Below, piece after piece: positions 42,400 through 52,458 of a stretch of DNA of 64,000 nt. This DNA comes from Solirubrobacterales bacterium (GTDB taxonomy: Bacteria > Actinomycetota > Thermoleophilia > Solirubrobacterales > Solirubrobacteraceae), in the NCBI GenBank assembly GCA_027306855.1, contig DAHUYZ010000006.1, forward strand, positions 375 to 64,374, written 5' to 3'. The first letter of the stretch is position 1; every line of letters starts with the position of its first letter. The notes below the pieces were generated by a model. That model saw only the letters and a program-made list of their open reading frames with translations, was not told where the DNA came from and made no database searches. Made by a program: the position numbers and the translations under genes.

Positions 42400-43695
42400 T
42401 CAGGCGATCTCGTCGAGCCGCCCCACGATCTCCCGCGCCCAGCGCGTGAAGTGAGCTGGGTCGAAGATCGCGTCGAGGTCGAGGGTCGCTGTGCGCTTGT
42501 CGGCAGCGAGTAGGTCGCGCAGATGCGTGCCCTCGTCCCACGCGCGCTGGGCCAGCTCCTGGGCGATCCGGTAGGCGTCGTCGCGGGTCATGCCGCCCTC
42601 GACCAGCGCCAGCAGCACGCGCTGTGAGTACAGGGCCCCGTGTGTCGATTCAATGTTTTCAAGCATCCGCCCCTCATCGACGACCAGTCCCTGCACGAGC
42701 GCGGTCGCCGAGCGCTGCATGTGGTCGATCAGGATCGTCGAGTCGGGCAGGATCACCCGCTCCACGGAGGAATGAGAGATATCGCGCTCGTGCCACAACG
42801 AAACGTTCTCCAGCGCCGCCTGAGCATTGCCGCGCAAGACCCGCGCCAGCCCCGACAGCTGCTCGCTCTTGATCGGGTTGCGCTTGTGAGGCATCGCCGA
42901 GCTGCCCTTCTGCCCGGCCTTGAACGGCTCTTGCGCCTCGCGCACCTCCGTGCGCTGCAGGTGCCTGATCTCCGTCGCCAGCCGCTCGATCCCGGCGCCC
43001 GCGAGCGCGATCGCGCAAAGAAGCTCGCCATGGCGGTCGCGGGCGACGACCTGAGTCGATATGTCCTCGCGCGCCAGGCCCAGCCGCTCCAGCACGCGCC
43101 GCTCGAACCTTGGGCTCGTCGCCGCGTACGTGCCGACCGCTCCCGACACGGCGCCGACCGCCGCCTGCCCGAACGCCCGCTCCAGACGAAGCGCGTTGCG
43201 ATGCGCCTCGAACGCGAAGCCCGCGAGCTTGACCCCAAACGTCGTCGGCTCGGCGTGCACGCCATGGGTACGCCCGACGCACATAGTGTCAACCTGCTCG
43301 CGCGCGCGGTTGGCGAGCGCGTGCACGAGCGCCCTTGCCCCCGGCACGATCACCTCGCCCGCGGCCCTCAGCTGCAGCGCCAGCGCCGTGTCGAGCACGT
43401 CTGAAGATGTCAAGCCAAAATGGATCCAGCGGCCCGCCTCGCCGGCCGACCCAGACAGGACGTCCACGAACGCCGCCAGGTCGTGGTCTGTGACGCGCTC
43501 GCGCTCACCTACCGCCTCGACCGTAAACGTGGCCCCACGGATCGCATCGAGCTCGGCCGCTGTCGGCCCCTTGCCCTCGCCCAGCAGGCTCGGCAGTTCC
43601 TCGCATGCCGCCACCTCCACGCGCCGCCAGCTCTCCATGCGCGCCTGCTCCGTCCAGACGGCGTCCAGCTCAGGTCGGGTGTAGCGCGGGATCAC
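42400..43695 (-). CDS. purB: Adenylosuccinate lyase
   Basis: GRTHGVHAEPTT and GSSAMPHKRNP motifs. Confidence 0.97.
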   Translation of the reverse strand: MIPRYTRPELDAVWTEQARMESWRRVEVAACEELPSLLGEGKGPTAAELDAIRGATFTVEAVGERERVTDHDLAAFVDVLSGSAGEAGRWIHFGLTSSDVLDTALALQLRAAGEVIVPGARALVHALANRAREQVDTMCVGRTHGVHAEPTTFGVKLAGFAFEAHRNALRLERAFGQAAVGAVSGAVGTYAATSPRFERRVLERLGLAREDISTQVVARDRHGELLCAIALAGAGIERLATEIRHLQRTEVREAQEPFKAGQKGSSAMPHKRNPIKSEQLSGLARVLRGNAQAALENVSLWHERDISHSSVERVILPDSTILIDHMQRSATALVQGLVVDEGRMLENIESTHGALYSQRVLLALVEGGMTRDDAYRIAQELAQRAWDEGTHLRDLLAADKRTATLDLDAIFDPAHFTRWAREIVGRLDEIA

Positions 43696-43779
43696 AACAC
43701 CGATTATCCCGATCGGGTACAACGGAAGCACGGAAGTGGTGCGTCATGCGGCGCAAACGCCGCCAAGCTAGGAGGAGCC

Positions 43780-44061
43780 ATGCCGACATACATCATGCTC
43801 TCGACGTTGACCCCCGAGGGCGTGCAGACGGTCAAGAACAATCCTGAGCGCATCCGCGAGGTCAACAAGGAGGTGCAGCAGCTCGGCGCGAACGTCAAGG
43901 CGCAGTGGGCGACGCTCGGCGCCTTCGACTTCATCTCGATCGTCGAGGCGCCCGACGAGAAGACGATGGCACGCGTGTCGCTCGAGCTCGGCTCGCGCGG
44001 GACCGGCCGCTACGAGACGCTGGCTGCGATCCCGGTCGACGAGTTCATCGCCTCCCTGTGA
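43780..44061 (+). CDS. GYD domain-containing protein
   Basis: MPTYIMLSTLTPEG...LGAFDFISIVEAPD; GGAGG RBS. Confidence 0.85.
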   Translation: MPTYIMLSTLTPEGVQTVKNNPERIREVNKEVQQLGANVKAQWATLGAFDFISIVEAPDEKTMARVSLELGSRGTGRYETLAAIPVDEFIASL

Positions 44062-45347
44062 AGATCCTCGTCGTCGGATCGGGCGGCCGGGAGCACGCCC
44101 TCGTGCGTGCGCTCGCCCGATCACCGCAGCGGCCCGAATTGCTGTGTGCTCCCGGGAACGCAGGCATTGCCCAGGATGCACGCTTGCTAACGACTGCGAT
44201 GGACGACGTAATGGGCTTGGTCAGAGTGGCTGAGCAGGAGCACGTAGACCTGGTCGTCGTTGGGCCCGAGGCGCCATTGGTGGGTGGGCTCGTGGATGCC
44301 TGCAAGAGCAGTGGCATTGAGGCGTTTGGACCCACCGCCGCCGCGGCCAAGCTGGAGGCGTCGAAGGCGTTTGCAAAGGAAGCGATGATCGACGCCGGCG
44401 TGCCCACGGCTCACTTCGGACTTGTCGGCCAAGTCGACGAAGGCATGGCCGCAATCGAGCGTTATCCAGTTGTGCTGAAGGCCGATGGTCTCGCGGGTGG
44501 CAAGGGGGTCGTGATTGCGCGGGACGAGCAAACCGCTCGACGCACCCTTGAAGAATTTCTTGTCGATCGCCGCTTTGGAACGCGGATGGTCTTGGTCGAG
44601 GAGTACCTGGAGGGCGAGGAGCTGTCGCTGCTCGCGCTCTGCGACGGGGTCCGCGCTGTGCCGATGGCGCCCGCCCGCGACTTCAAGCGCATCGGCGACG
44701 GCGATGAGGGCCCGAACACGGGCGGGATGGGCTCCTACTCTCCCGTCGCCGGGATAGACACCGAGCGCGCAAATGAGCTTGCTCGGACGATCCACCAGCC
44801 GGTCGTCGATCTGATGCGCGAACGAGGCACGCCCTTTCATGGGGTCCTGTATGCGGGGCTGATGCTGACAGGGGACGGCCCGAAGGTGCTCGAGTTCAAC
44901 GCCCGCTTCGGCGACCCCGAGACGCAGGCCGTGCTGCCCCGGCTGCGCAGCGACCTTCTGGAGCTGTTGCTCGCGGCGGCGCGCCCAGACGACCCAGAAG
45001 GGGGGCTGAAGGACGCGAAGCTGCAGTGGGGCGAGGAGTGGGCGGTGACGCTCGTGCTCGCCAGCGCCGGCTACCCCGCCTCGTCGCGCAGCGGCGATGT
45101 GATTCGCGGACTCGATCGGCTCCCCGCCGGCATCGAGCTGACGCACGCGGGCACCGCGCGGCGCGCGGACGGCGAGATGGTGACGGCCGGCGGGCGGGTT
45201 CTGAATGTGACCGCGCTCGGCCCCAGCGCGCAATCCGCCCGCGACGCCGCGTATGCTGCGGCGAGAACGATCTCTTTCGACGGGATGCAGATGCGACGCG
45301 ACATCGCGGCCCACGCGCAGCGCCCACCACTCCTTACCGCGCCATGA
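44058..45347 (+). CDS. purD: Phosphoribosylamine-glycine ligase
   Basis: GSGGREHAL, KADGLAGGKGV and GPNTGGMG motifs. Confidence 0.97.
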   Translation: MKILVVGSGGREHALVRALARSPQRPELLCAPGNAGIAQDARLLTTAMDDVMGLVRVAEQEHVDLVVVGPEAPLVGGLVDACKSSGIEAFGPTAAAAKLEASKAFAKEAMIDAGVPTAHFGLVGQVDEGMAAIERYPVVLKADGLAGGKGVVIARDEQTARRTLEEFLVDRRFGTRMVLVEEYLEGEELSLLALCDGVRAVPMAPARDFKRIGDGDEGPNTGGMGSYSPVAGIDTERANELARTIHQPVVDLMRERGTPFHGVLYAGLMLTGDGPKVLEFNARFGDPETQAVLPRLRSDLLELLLAAARPDDPEGGLKDAKLQWGEEWAVTLVLASAGYPASSRSGDVIRGLDRLPAGIELTHAGTARRADGEMVTAGGRVLNVTALGPSAQSARDAAYAAARTISFDGMQMRRDIAAHAQRPPLLTAP

Positions 45348-45823
45348 ACGACGTCGCCCCCTCACCGATACGCCTCGCCGAGCCCGAGGTGCGGGCCCAG
45401 CTCGAGGAGTTCGACGTCGAGGGGCCGCTCGTCGGCATCGTGATGGGCTCATCGAGCGACATGCAGGAGATGGAGAAGGCCGCCAAGGTGCTTTCCGAGC
45501 GCGGCATACCGCACGAGATGCAGGTCGCATCGGCGCACCGCGAACCGGACGCCGTCGCCGAGTACGCCAAGAGCGCGAAGGGGCGTGGCCTGCGCGTGCT
45601 GATCGCGGGGGCCGGTATCTCCGCCGCGCTTCCCGGAGCGCTTGCCGCCCACACCGATCTGCCTGTCATCGGGGTGCCCCTTTCCGGTCGCTTGACCGCC
45701 GCCGGGGGTCTCGACGCGATCCTCTCGATCGTGCAGATGCCGCCGGGTGTGCCGGTCGCGTGTGTCGGCCTGGACAATGCGCGCAACGCGGCGATACTGG
45801 CGGCCCAGATCCTCGCCGCCTGA
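45344..45823 (+). CDS. purE: N5-CAIR mutase / AIR carboxylase
   Basis: MGSSSD, SAHR and IAGAG motifs. Confidence 0.95.
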   Translation: MNDVAPSPIRLAEPEVRAQLEEFDVEGPLVGIVMGSSSDMQEMEKAAKVLSERGIPHEMQVASAHREPDAVAEYAKSAKGRGLRVLIAGAGISAALPGALAAHTDLPVIGVPLSGRLTAAGGLDAILSIVQMPPGVPVACVGLDNARNAAILAAQILAA

Positions 45824-45854
45824 CCGGCCGCTCCATTCGCTAGCATCGCGCCAC

Positions 45855-46745
45855 GTGACGACCACTCTGGCCGACCTGCCTCTCCTCGCAAGCGGGAAGG
45901 TCCGCGAGATGTATCGCCTGGACGGCCCGGATGATGGGCGTCTGCTGATGGTCGCCTCCGACCGCATCTCGACGTACGACGCGGTCCATCCGACGCCGAT
46001 CCCGGACAAGGGCAAGGTGCTGACGGGGCTGTCGGCGTTCTGGTTCGAGCAGACGAAGCGGATCGTGGCGAACCACATGCTGTCCACCACCGAGGGCGTC
46101 CCGGCGCAGGCGCGCGGCAGGGCGCTGGTGGTGCGCAAGCTGAAGATGCTGCCTGTCGAGTGCGTCGTGCGCGGCTACATCACGGGGTCGGGCTGGAATG
46201 ACTACCAGGCGACCGGCAGGGTGTCGGGCATTGCGTTGCCCGAGGGCCTTCGCGAGTCTGAGCAGCTGCCCGAGCCGATCTTTACGCCGAGCACGAAGGC
46301 GGACGTCGGCCACGACGAGGCGATCGACTTCGAGCGGGCCGCCGAACTGGTGGGGGACCGGGGCCTGATGGAACGCGTCAGGGACATCTCGATCGCGTTG
46401 TACTCGTTCGCGGCCGAGCACGCGCGCGAGGAGGGTGTGATCCTCGCCGACACGAAGTTCGAGCTGGGGCTCGACGAGGATGGAGAGCTGGTCGTGGGCG
46501 ATGAGGTCCTCACGCCAGACTCTTCGCGCTACTGGCCGCTCGACGGCTACGAGGTCGGCAAAGGACAGCCGAGCTTCGACAAGCAGTATGTGCGCGACTG
46601 GGCTTCTCGGACCGGCTGGGACAAGAAGCCGCCGGCGCCTGAGATCCCTGACGATGTCGTCGAGGGTACGCGCGCGCGCTACATAGAGGCGTACGAGCGG
46701 ATCACGGGCGAGCCGTTTCAGGCGTGGCTGGACCGCACGGCATGA
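45855..46745 (+). CDS. purC: SAICAR synthase
   Basis: SGKVREMY, ADTKFELG, TPDSSRYW and SFDKQ motifs. Confidence 0.97.
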   Translation: MTTTLADLPLLASGKVREMYRLDGPDDGRLLMVASDRISTYDAVHPTPIPDKGKVLTGLSAFWFEQTKRIVANHMLSTTEGVPAQARGRALVVRKLKMLPVECVVRGYITGSGWNDYQATGRVSGIALPEGLRESEQLPEPIFTPSTKADVGHDEAIDFERAAELVGDRGLMERVRDISIALYSFAAEHAREEGVILADTKFELGLDEDGELVVGDEVLTPDSSRYWPLDGYEVGKGQPSFDKQYVRDWASRTGWDKKPPAPEIPDDVVEGTRARYIEAYERITGEPFQAWLDRTA

Positions 46746-46966
46746 AGGCGCGCGTCTTGATCCGGCCGAAGGCCGGCATCCTCGACCCTCAGGGCGAGGC
46801 GGTGCAGCGGGCGTTGCCGGCGCTCGGGTTCGAGGGCGTGGCGAACGTCCATGTCGGGAGGATGGTGGAGCTGACTGTCGAGGACGCCAGCCAGATCGAG
46901 CCGATGTGCCAGAAGCTGCTTGCCAATCCCTTGGTGGAGGACTACGAGATAGTCCTCGATACATGA
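46742..46966 (+). CDS. purS: FGAM synthase subunit PurS
   Basis: LDPQG and LLANPLVEDY motifs. Confidence 0.95.
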   Translation: MKARVLIRPKAGILDPQGEAVQRALPALGFEGVANVHVGRMVELTVEDASQIEPMCQKLLANPLVEDYEIVLDT

Positions 46967-47649
46967 AGTTCGGCGTACTCCGGTTTCCGGGTAGTTGCGA
47001 TGACGTCGACGCGCTGCTCGCCGCGCGGCGCGTGGGCGACGCCGAGCTGCTGTGGCACGGTGAGCGCGACCTGAAAGGCGCCGATGCGATCGTCGTGCCG
47101 GGGGGCTTCTCCTACGGCGACTATCTGAGGGCGGGCTCGATCGCGCGGTTCTCGCCCGTGATGGAGTCGGTGATCGCGTTCGCAGGCGACGGCGGGCTCG
47201 TGCTCGGGATCTGCAACGGCTTTCAGGTCCTGTGTGAGGCAAAACTGCTGCCGGGGGCTCTGCTGCCGAACTCCAATCTGCGCTTCACGTTCAGGCAGGT
47301 CGAGCTGGAGGTCGTGCAGGAGCAGACGGCGTTCACGTGTGCGTGCGGGTTGGACGGGCCCTCGCCCGTCGTGCTCAGCATCCCAGCGAAGCACTCGTGG
47401 GGTCGCTACTACGCCGACGAGCAGACTCTTGCGGACATGGAGGGGCGTGGGCAGGTCCTGTTGAGATATGCGCCCGGCCACAACTTCAACGGATCGTCGA
47501 ACGACATCGCGGGGGTCAGCAACGAACGAGGCAACGTGTTCGGGCTGATGCCTCATCCAGAGCATGCCGTCGATGAGCTGACGGGCTCGAAGGATGGTCT
47601 GTGCATCTTCGCGTCGATGTGCCTTGCGGTCGAGGCTGCGCGTGTCTGA
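46963..47649 (+). CDS. purQ: FGAM synthase subunit PurQ
   Basis: [18 protein letters not shown] and MPHPE motifs. Confidence 0.96.
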   Translation: MKFGVLRFPGSCDDVDALLAARRVGDAELLWHGERDLKGADAIVVPGGFSYGDYLRAGSIARFSPVMESVIAFAGDGGLVLGICNGFQVLCEAKLLPGALLPNSNLRFTFRQVELEVVQEQTAFTCACGLDGPSPVVLSIPAKHSWGRYYADEQTLADMEGRGQVLLRYAPGHNFNGSSNDIAGVSNERGNVFGLMPHPEHAVDELTGSKDGLCIFASMCLAVEAARV

Positions 47650-49888
47650 CCCGGCGACGCTTCCGACGGTCGAGGACGCGATCGCGCTCGGGTTGACCGA
47701 GAGCGAGTACGAGCTGATCTGCGAGCATCAGGGCGGCCGGCCGAACAGGGTCGAGTTGGCGATGTACTCGCTGCTGTGGAGCGAGCACTGCGCTTACAAG
47801 CACTCCAAGAAGCTTCTGCGGAGCCTGCCGACAGAGGGGGAGCACGTCGTGATGGGCCCCGGCGAGAACGCCGGCGCGGTCGATGTCGGCGGGGGACTCG
47901 TGTGCGCGTTCAAGGTCGAGTCCCACAACCACCCGAGCGCTGTGGAGCCGTTCCAGGGGGCCGCGACCGGTGTGGGAGGCATTCTCAGAGACATCTTCGC
48001 GATTGGCGCGCGTCCGATCGCCGTGCTCGACTCGCTGCGCTTCGGGGATCCGGCGAGCTCCCGCTCGCGCTACCTGCTCGACCGGGCGGTCGCGGGCATC
48101 GGCCACTATGGCAACTCGATCGGCGTGCCGACCGTCGGCGGGGAGGTCTACTTCGAGGGTCCCTACGAGCAGAACTGCCTCGTCAACGCGATGGCGCTCG
48201 GAATCGCGGAGCGCGAGAAGCTTGTGCGCAGCGCCGCGGCGGGGATCGGCAACGTCGTCGTCCTGTTCGGCGCCCGCACCGGCCGTGACGGGATCGGCGG
48301 CGCTTCGGTGCTGGCCTCAGCCGAGCTGGGCGACGACGATGGGATGCGCCCCACGGTTCAGGTCGGCGACCCGTTCGAGGAGAAGAAGTTGATGGAGTGC
48401 TCGCTCGAGCTGCTGGAGCGCGGGCTGATCGTCTCTCTGCAGGACCTCGGCGCCGCCGGACTGACCTCGTCGGCTTCGGAGATGGCCTCCAAGGGCGAGG
48501 TCGGGATCGACATCGACGTCTCGAAGGTGTTCTTGCGCGAGGCGGACATGGAGCCGTTCGAGATCATGGTGAGCGAGTCCCAGGAGCGCATGTTGTGCGT
48601 GGTCGAGCCGTCCAACGTGCCGGCGGTGATGGAGCGGTGCGAGAAGTGGGAGGTGGGGGGCGCGGCGATCGGGACGGTCACGGACACAGGCAGGATGAGG
48701 GTGTTCGACGGCGAGGCGATCGTCGGCGAGGCGCCGGTGAGTGCGCTGGTCGACGACTGCCCGCTGTACGACCTGGCCCCGGAGCGTCCGGCCGCGCCGG
48801 TCTATCCCGTGCCGGCGCCTGTTCTCGCCGGCGACGTCTCCATGCGCGAGATGCTGCTCGCGCTTTTGCGCTCCCCGAACATCGCTTCGCGAAGGCCCCT
48901 GTTCGAGCGCTACGACGCGATCGTGCAGTCGAGGACGATCAGGCGACCCGAGCAGGCGGACGCGGCGGTGCTCGCGATAAAGCCGCTCGTGGGTCGGCCC
49001 GCCTATGAGATCTCCCCGAGCGAGTTGAAGGGATCGCGCGATCCCGACGGGCCGATACCCGCGAGCGCGGTGTCGATCGACTGCAACGGACGGCGTGTCG
49101 CCGCCGACCCTTATACGGGCACGGTCGCGGCAGTGCTCGAGTGCGCATCGAACCTTGCGTGCGCGGGGGCAAAGCCGCTCGGTACGACCAACAACCTCAA
49201 CTTCGGAAATCCGGAGAAGCCGCACATCGCCTGGCAGCTCAGCGAGGCGGTGCGCGGGCTGGGCGACGCCTGTAGGGCGCTCGACGCGCCGATCGTGGGT
49301 GGCAACGTGTCGCTGTACAACGAGGGGGCAAGCGCCGGGCCGATCTACCCGACGCCCGTGATCGGGATGGTCGGAAGGCTGCCCGATGCGCGCCGCGCCG
49401 GCCGGCTGGGCTTTGCGCGCGAGGGGGACGCGATCGCGCTCGTCGGGCCGTTTGCTCCACGGCTGGACGCCTCGGAGCTGGCCAAGCTGTGGGGGCGTCA
49501 GCTGCCGGACGGCCTGCCCCAGATCGACGTCGAGGCGGTCGCGGCTGCCCAGGCAGCGGTCCGCGACGCGGTGCGAGCGAGCGAGGTCTCGAGCGCGCAC
49601 GACATCGCCGAGGGCGGGCTGGCCGTGGCGCTCGCGGAGTGCTGCCTTACGGGTGGGCTCGGGGCGCGGATCGAGCTGGACGACGACATCGAGTATCTGT
49701 TCGGCGAATGCTCCGGTGGCTTCCTCGCCAGCGGCGAGCGGCAAGCGCTCGAGTCTTTGTCCGAGCAGACGACCGTGAGGATGATCGGCGTCGTAGAAGG
49801 TCGATCGTTGAGCATCGGCGATCAGATCGAGGTAGAGCTGCCTGAGCTGACCGAGGCCTACGAGGCGCTCGTGGAGCTGTTCGCGTGA
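47642..49888 (+). CDS. purL: FGAM synthase subunit PurL
   Basis: [25 protein letters not shown] and SESQERM motifs. Confidence 0.97.
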   Translation: MSDPATLPTVEDAIALGLTESEYELICEHQGGRPNRVELAMYSLLWSEHCAYKHSKKLLRSLPTEGEHVVMGPGENAGAVDVGGGLVCAFKVESHNHPSAVEPFQGAATGVGGILRDIFAIGARPIAVLDSLRFGDPASSRSRYLLDRAVAGIGHYGNSIGVPTVGGEVYFEGPYEQNCLVNAMALGIAEREKLVRSAAAGIGNVVVLFGARTGRDGIGGASVLASAELGDDDGMRPTVQVGDPFEEKKLMECSLELLERGLIVSLQDLGAAGLTSSASEMASKGEVGIDIDVSKVFLREADMEPFEIMVSESQERMLCVVEPSNVPAVMERCEKWEVGGAAIGTVTDTGRMRVFDGEAIVGEAPVSALVDDCPLYDLAPERPAAPVYPVPAPVLAGDVSMREMLLALLRSPNIASRRPLFERYDAIVQSRTIRRPEQADAAVLAIKPLVGRPAYEISPSELKGSRDPDGPIPASAVSIDCNGRRVAADPYTGTVAAVLECASNLACAGAKPLGTTNNLNFGNPEKPHIAWQLSEAVRGLGDACRALDAPIVGGNVSLYNEGASAGPIYPTPVIGMVGRLPDARRAGRLGFAREGDAIALVGPFAPRLDASELAKLWGRQLPDGLPQIDVEAVAAAQAAVRDAVRASEVSSAHDIAEGGLAVALAECCLTGGLGARIELDDDIEYLFGECSGGFLASGERQALESLSEQTTVRMIGVVEGRSLSIGDQIEVELPELTEAYEALVELFA

Positions 49889-51417
49889 CTGCTAGCGTGG
49901 AGAAAGCAATGCCTCTCGGATGGGCAGGCGACCGCGAGGGACCGCGCGACGAATGCGGCGTGTTCGGCATATACGCGCCCGGTCACGAGGTTTCGCGCTT
50001 GGCCTACTTCGCGCTGTATGCCCTCCAGCACCGCGGCCAGGAGTCGGCGGGGATCGCGGCAGCGGACAGGGGCGGCAACATCATGACGCGCCGCGAGCTG
50101 GGGCTCGTCAGTCAGGTCTTCAGTGAGAACGACCTGCGCACGCTCGCGGGCGAGCTTGCGATCGGGCACGTGCGCTACTCGACGACGGGCTCCAACGCCT
50201 GGGAGAACTCCCAGCCCGTGCACCGCTCGGAGGGCACGAACGGCTCCAGGAGTGAGCTCGCGCTCGCCCACAACGGCAACCTGATAAACGCCGTCGAGCT
50301 GCACGACGAGCTGGTGGGGCGCGGCGTCACGTTCAGCTCGACGTCCGACTCGGAGATCGTCGCGGCGTTGCTCGCGACCCACCCGGCCGAGCGGATCGAG
50401 GACGCGATCGCCGACGTGCTGCCTCGGCTGCAGGGGGCGTTCTCGATCGTCGCGATGACGAAGGAGGAGGTCGTCGCCTTCCGCGATCCGCATGGCCTGC
50501 GCCCCCTTGCCCTGGGTGTCATTGCGGATGTGGGCGACGCCGCTTCCCCGGAGGGAAAGTCCGGGCAGGAGCGGACGCGGCGCAACGACTCGGACCGCTA
50601 CTGCGTCGCGAGCGAGTCGTGCGCGTTCGACATCATCGGCGCGAGCTTCATGCGCGACGTGGCGCCCGGAGAGATCGTGACGCTCGGAAGGGGGGGGCTG
50701 GAGAGTCGTAGGGTCGACAGCGAGGCTCGCAAGGCGTTCTGCGTGTTCGAGTACATCTACTTCGCAAGGCCCGACTCGCGCATGAACGGCCAGGTGCTGC
50801 AGGTTGCGCGCGCACGGATGGGCGAGATCCTCGCGCGCGAGGCGCCCGCCGACGCGGACCTCGTGATCCCGGTGCCCGACTCCGGCAACGCGGCCGCCCG
50901 CGGCTATGCGCGCGCCAGCGGTCTTCCCCAGGATGACGGCTTCGTCAAGAACCGCTATGTCGCGCGCACGTTCATCCAGCCCGGCCAGGAGCTGCGCAAG
51001 CATGGGCTGCGCATGAAGTTCAACCCGCTCCCGGAGGTCGTCGCCGGCAAGCGGCTCGTCGTCGTCGACGATTCGATCGTGCGCGGCAACACGACCCGTC
51101 AGATCGTGCAGATGCTGAGAGACGCGGGCGCGAGCGAGGTGCACATGCGCATCTCCGCCCCCCCGATCAAGCATCCTTGTCACTACGGGATCGACATGTC
51201 TACCCGCGAGGAGATGATCGCGCACGAGCGCTCGGTCGAGCAGATCGCGCGCGAGCTCGGCTGCGACTCGCTCGCATATTTGTCGCTCGACGGCGTCTAC
51301 GAGGCGGTCGGCGCCACGCGCGCCACGCACTGCGACGCGTGCTTCACGGGCCAGTACCCGCTCGACGGCACCGACGAGGCCGCCGGGAAGTACGCCCTAG
51401 AGGTAGCGGCTACCTAG
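49885..51417 (+). CDS. purF: Amidophosphoribosyltransferase
   Basis: ECGVFG, LQHRGQE, GHVRYST and VDDSIVRG motifs. Confidence 0.97.
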   Translation: MTASVEKAMPLGWAGDREGPRDECGVFGIYAPGHEVSRLAYFALYALQHRGQESAGIAAADRGGNIMTRRELGLVSQVFSENDLRTLAGELAIGHVRYSTTGSNAWENSQPVHRSEGTNGSRSELALAHNGNLINAVELHDELVGRGVTFSSTSDSEIVAALLATHPAERIEDAIADVLPRLQGAFSIVAMTKEEVVAFRDPHGLRPLALGVIADVGDAASPEGKSGQERTRRNDSDRYCVASESCAFDIIGASFMRDVAPGEIVTLGRGGLESRRVDSEARKAFCVFEYIYFARPDSRMNGQVLQVARARMGEILAREAPADADLVIPVPDSGNAAARGYARASGLPQDDGFVKNRYVARTFIQPGQELRKHGLRMKFNPLPEVVAGKRLVVVDDSIVRGNTTRQIVQMLRDAGASEVHMRISAPPIKHPCHYGIDMSTREEMIAHERSVEQIARELGCDSLAYLSLDGVYEAVGATRATHCDACFTGQYPLDGTDEAAGKYALEVAAT

Positions 51418-51450
51418 AAACAGTGCGCGCTCGTCCTCCGCGGCGGCTGG

Positions 51451-51519
51451 GACGTTCGAAGAGCAAGCCGGCACCGACGGCAAAGCCGTTGGTGAAGGAC
51501 GCAGCGAGCGCGGCGTGCT
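51451..51519 (+). repeat. REP-like intergenic repeat, copy A
   Basis: 51461-51504 is an exact 44-bp reverse complement of 54182-54225; contains the CACCGACGGC-AAA-GCCGTTGGTG stem. Confidence 0.85.
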
Positions 51520-51556
51520 CTGCACGTGAGCGAGTGAGGACGCCGCGTCGCGCCGC

Positions 51557-51709
51557 TCAGCGGGCGTCCCAGCCATCGCGGGCGGCGGAGGCGTCGCTGT
51601 ACTGGTTGTTGTAGGGGCGCGGCGTGATCAGCTCGTAGCGCCGGTCGTGCCGTGCCCTGCTCGTGAGCGCTGCCACCAGCGCGATTGTGATGATGATCGT
51701 TGGCGTCAT
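51557..51709 (-). CDS. Small membrane protein (50 aa)
   Basis: GAGG RBS, N-terminal TM helix, polar tail RPYNNQYSDASAAR. Confidence 0.6.
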   Translation of the reverse strand: MTPTIIITIALVAALTSRARHDRRYELITPRPYNNQYSDASAARDGWDAR

Positions 51710-51840
51710 CGTGACCTCTTTCAGTCGTTCTCTTGCTCGTTCATGGTCATATTTGACGCTCCACAGCGGGATCGATTGAACATGCTGTGAAGATCGGCGA
51801 CTGTGAGGCTCCTCACAGCCGGTTGTAAGCTTGCAGCGCA

Positions 51841-52458
51841 ATGTCAGCCTCGCTTCCAGTCGCCGTGCTCGCCTCTGGCACTGGCACAAATCTGCAGGCT
51901 CTGCTGGACACCGTTCACGGCGCCGAGGCCGAGATCGTCGCGGTCGCCTCCGATGTGCCAGACGCGCCCGCGCTGGAGCGGGCTCAGGCACGCGGCGTGC
52001 CGACCGGGGTGTTCGAGCGAGCTACCCATGCGAGTGGCGAGCAGCGTGACCTGGCGATGGCCGACTGGCTCGCGGGGCAGGGAGCAAGACTGGTCGTGCT
52101 AGCCGGCTACATGGCCCTTCTCAGTCCGGCCTTCCTCGATCGCTTCCCCGCCGCGGTCATCAACGTGCACCCCGCGCTGCTGCCTTCCTTCCCTGGGCTG
52201 CGCGCGATCGAGCAGGCGCTTGACTACGGCGTGAAGGTGTTCGGCGTGACCGTCCACTTCGTCGACTCCGGCGTCGACACCGGCCCGGTCATCCTCCAGC
52301 GCGCGATCGAGCTGCCGGACGCGCGCGACGCCGACGAGGTCCTGGTCGCGCTGCGCCCGATCGAGCATGCGCTCCTGCCCGAGGCGGTGCGCCTGTTCGC
52401 TGCCGGCGCGATCAGTATCGACCCTGAGAACCCGCGCCGGATAATCTGCGCGGCGTGA
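51841..52458 (+). CDS. purN: Phosphoribosylglycinamide formyltransferase
   Basis: SGTGTNLQA, INVHPALLP and DTGPVI motifs. Confidence 0.96.
   Translation: MSASLPVAVLASGTGTNLQALLDTVHGAEAEIVAVASDVPDAPALERAQARGVPTGVFERATHASGEQRDLAMADWLAGQGARLVVLAGYMALLSPAFLDRFPAAVINVHPALLPSFPGLRAIEQALDYGVKVFGVTVHFVDSGVDTGPVILQRAIELPDARDADEVLVALRPIEHALLPEAVRLFAAGAISIDPENPRRIICAA

Noticed and set aside
51720-52455. ZTP riboswitch upstream of purN/purH
   Set aside because: Characteristic GACUGGCG/GGGAGC/CGCCUGGG elements not found
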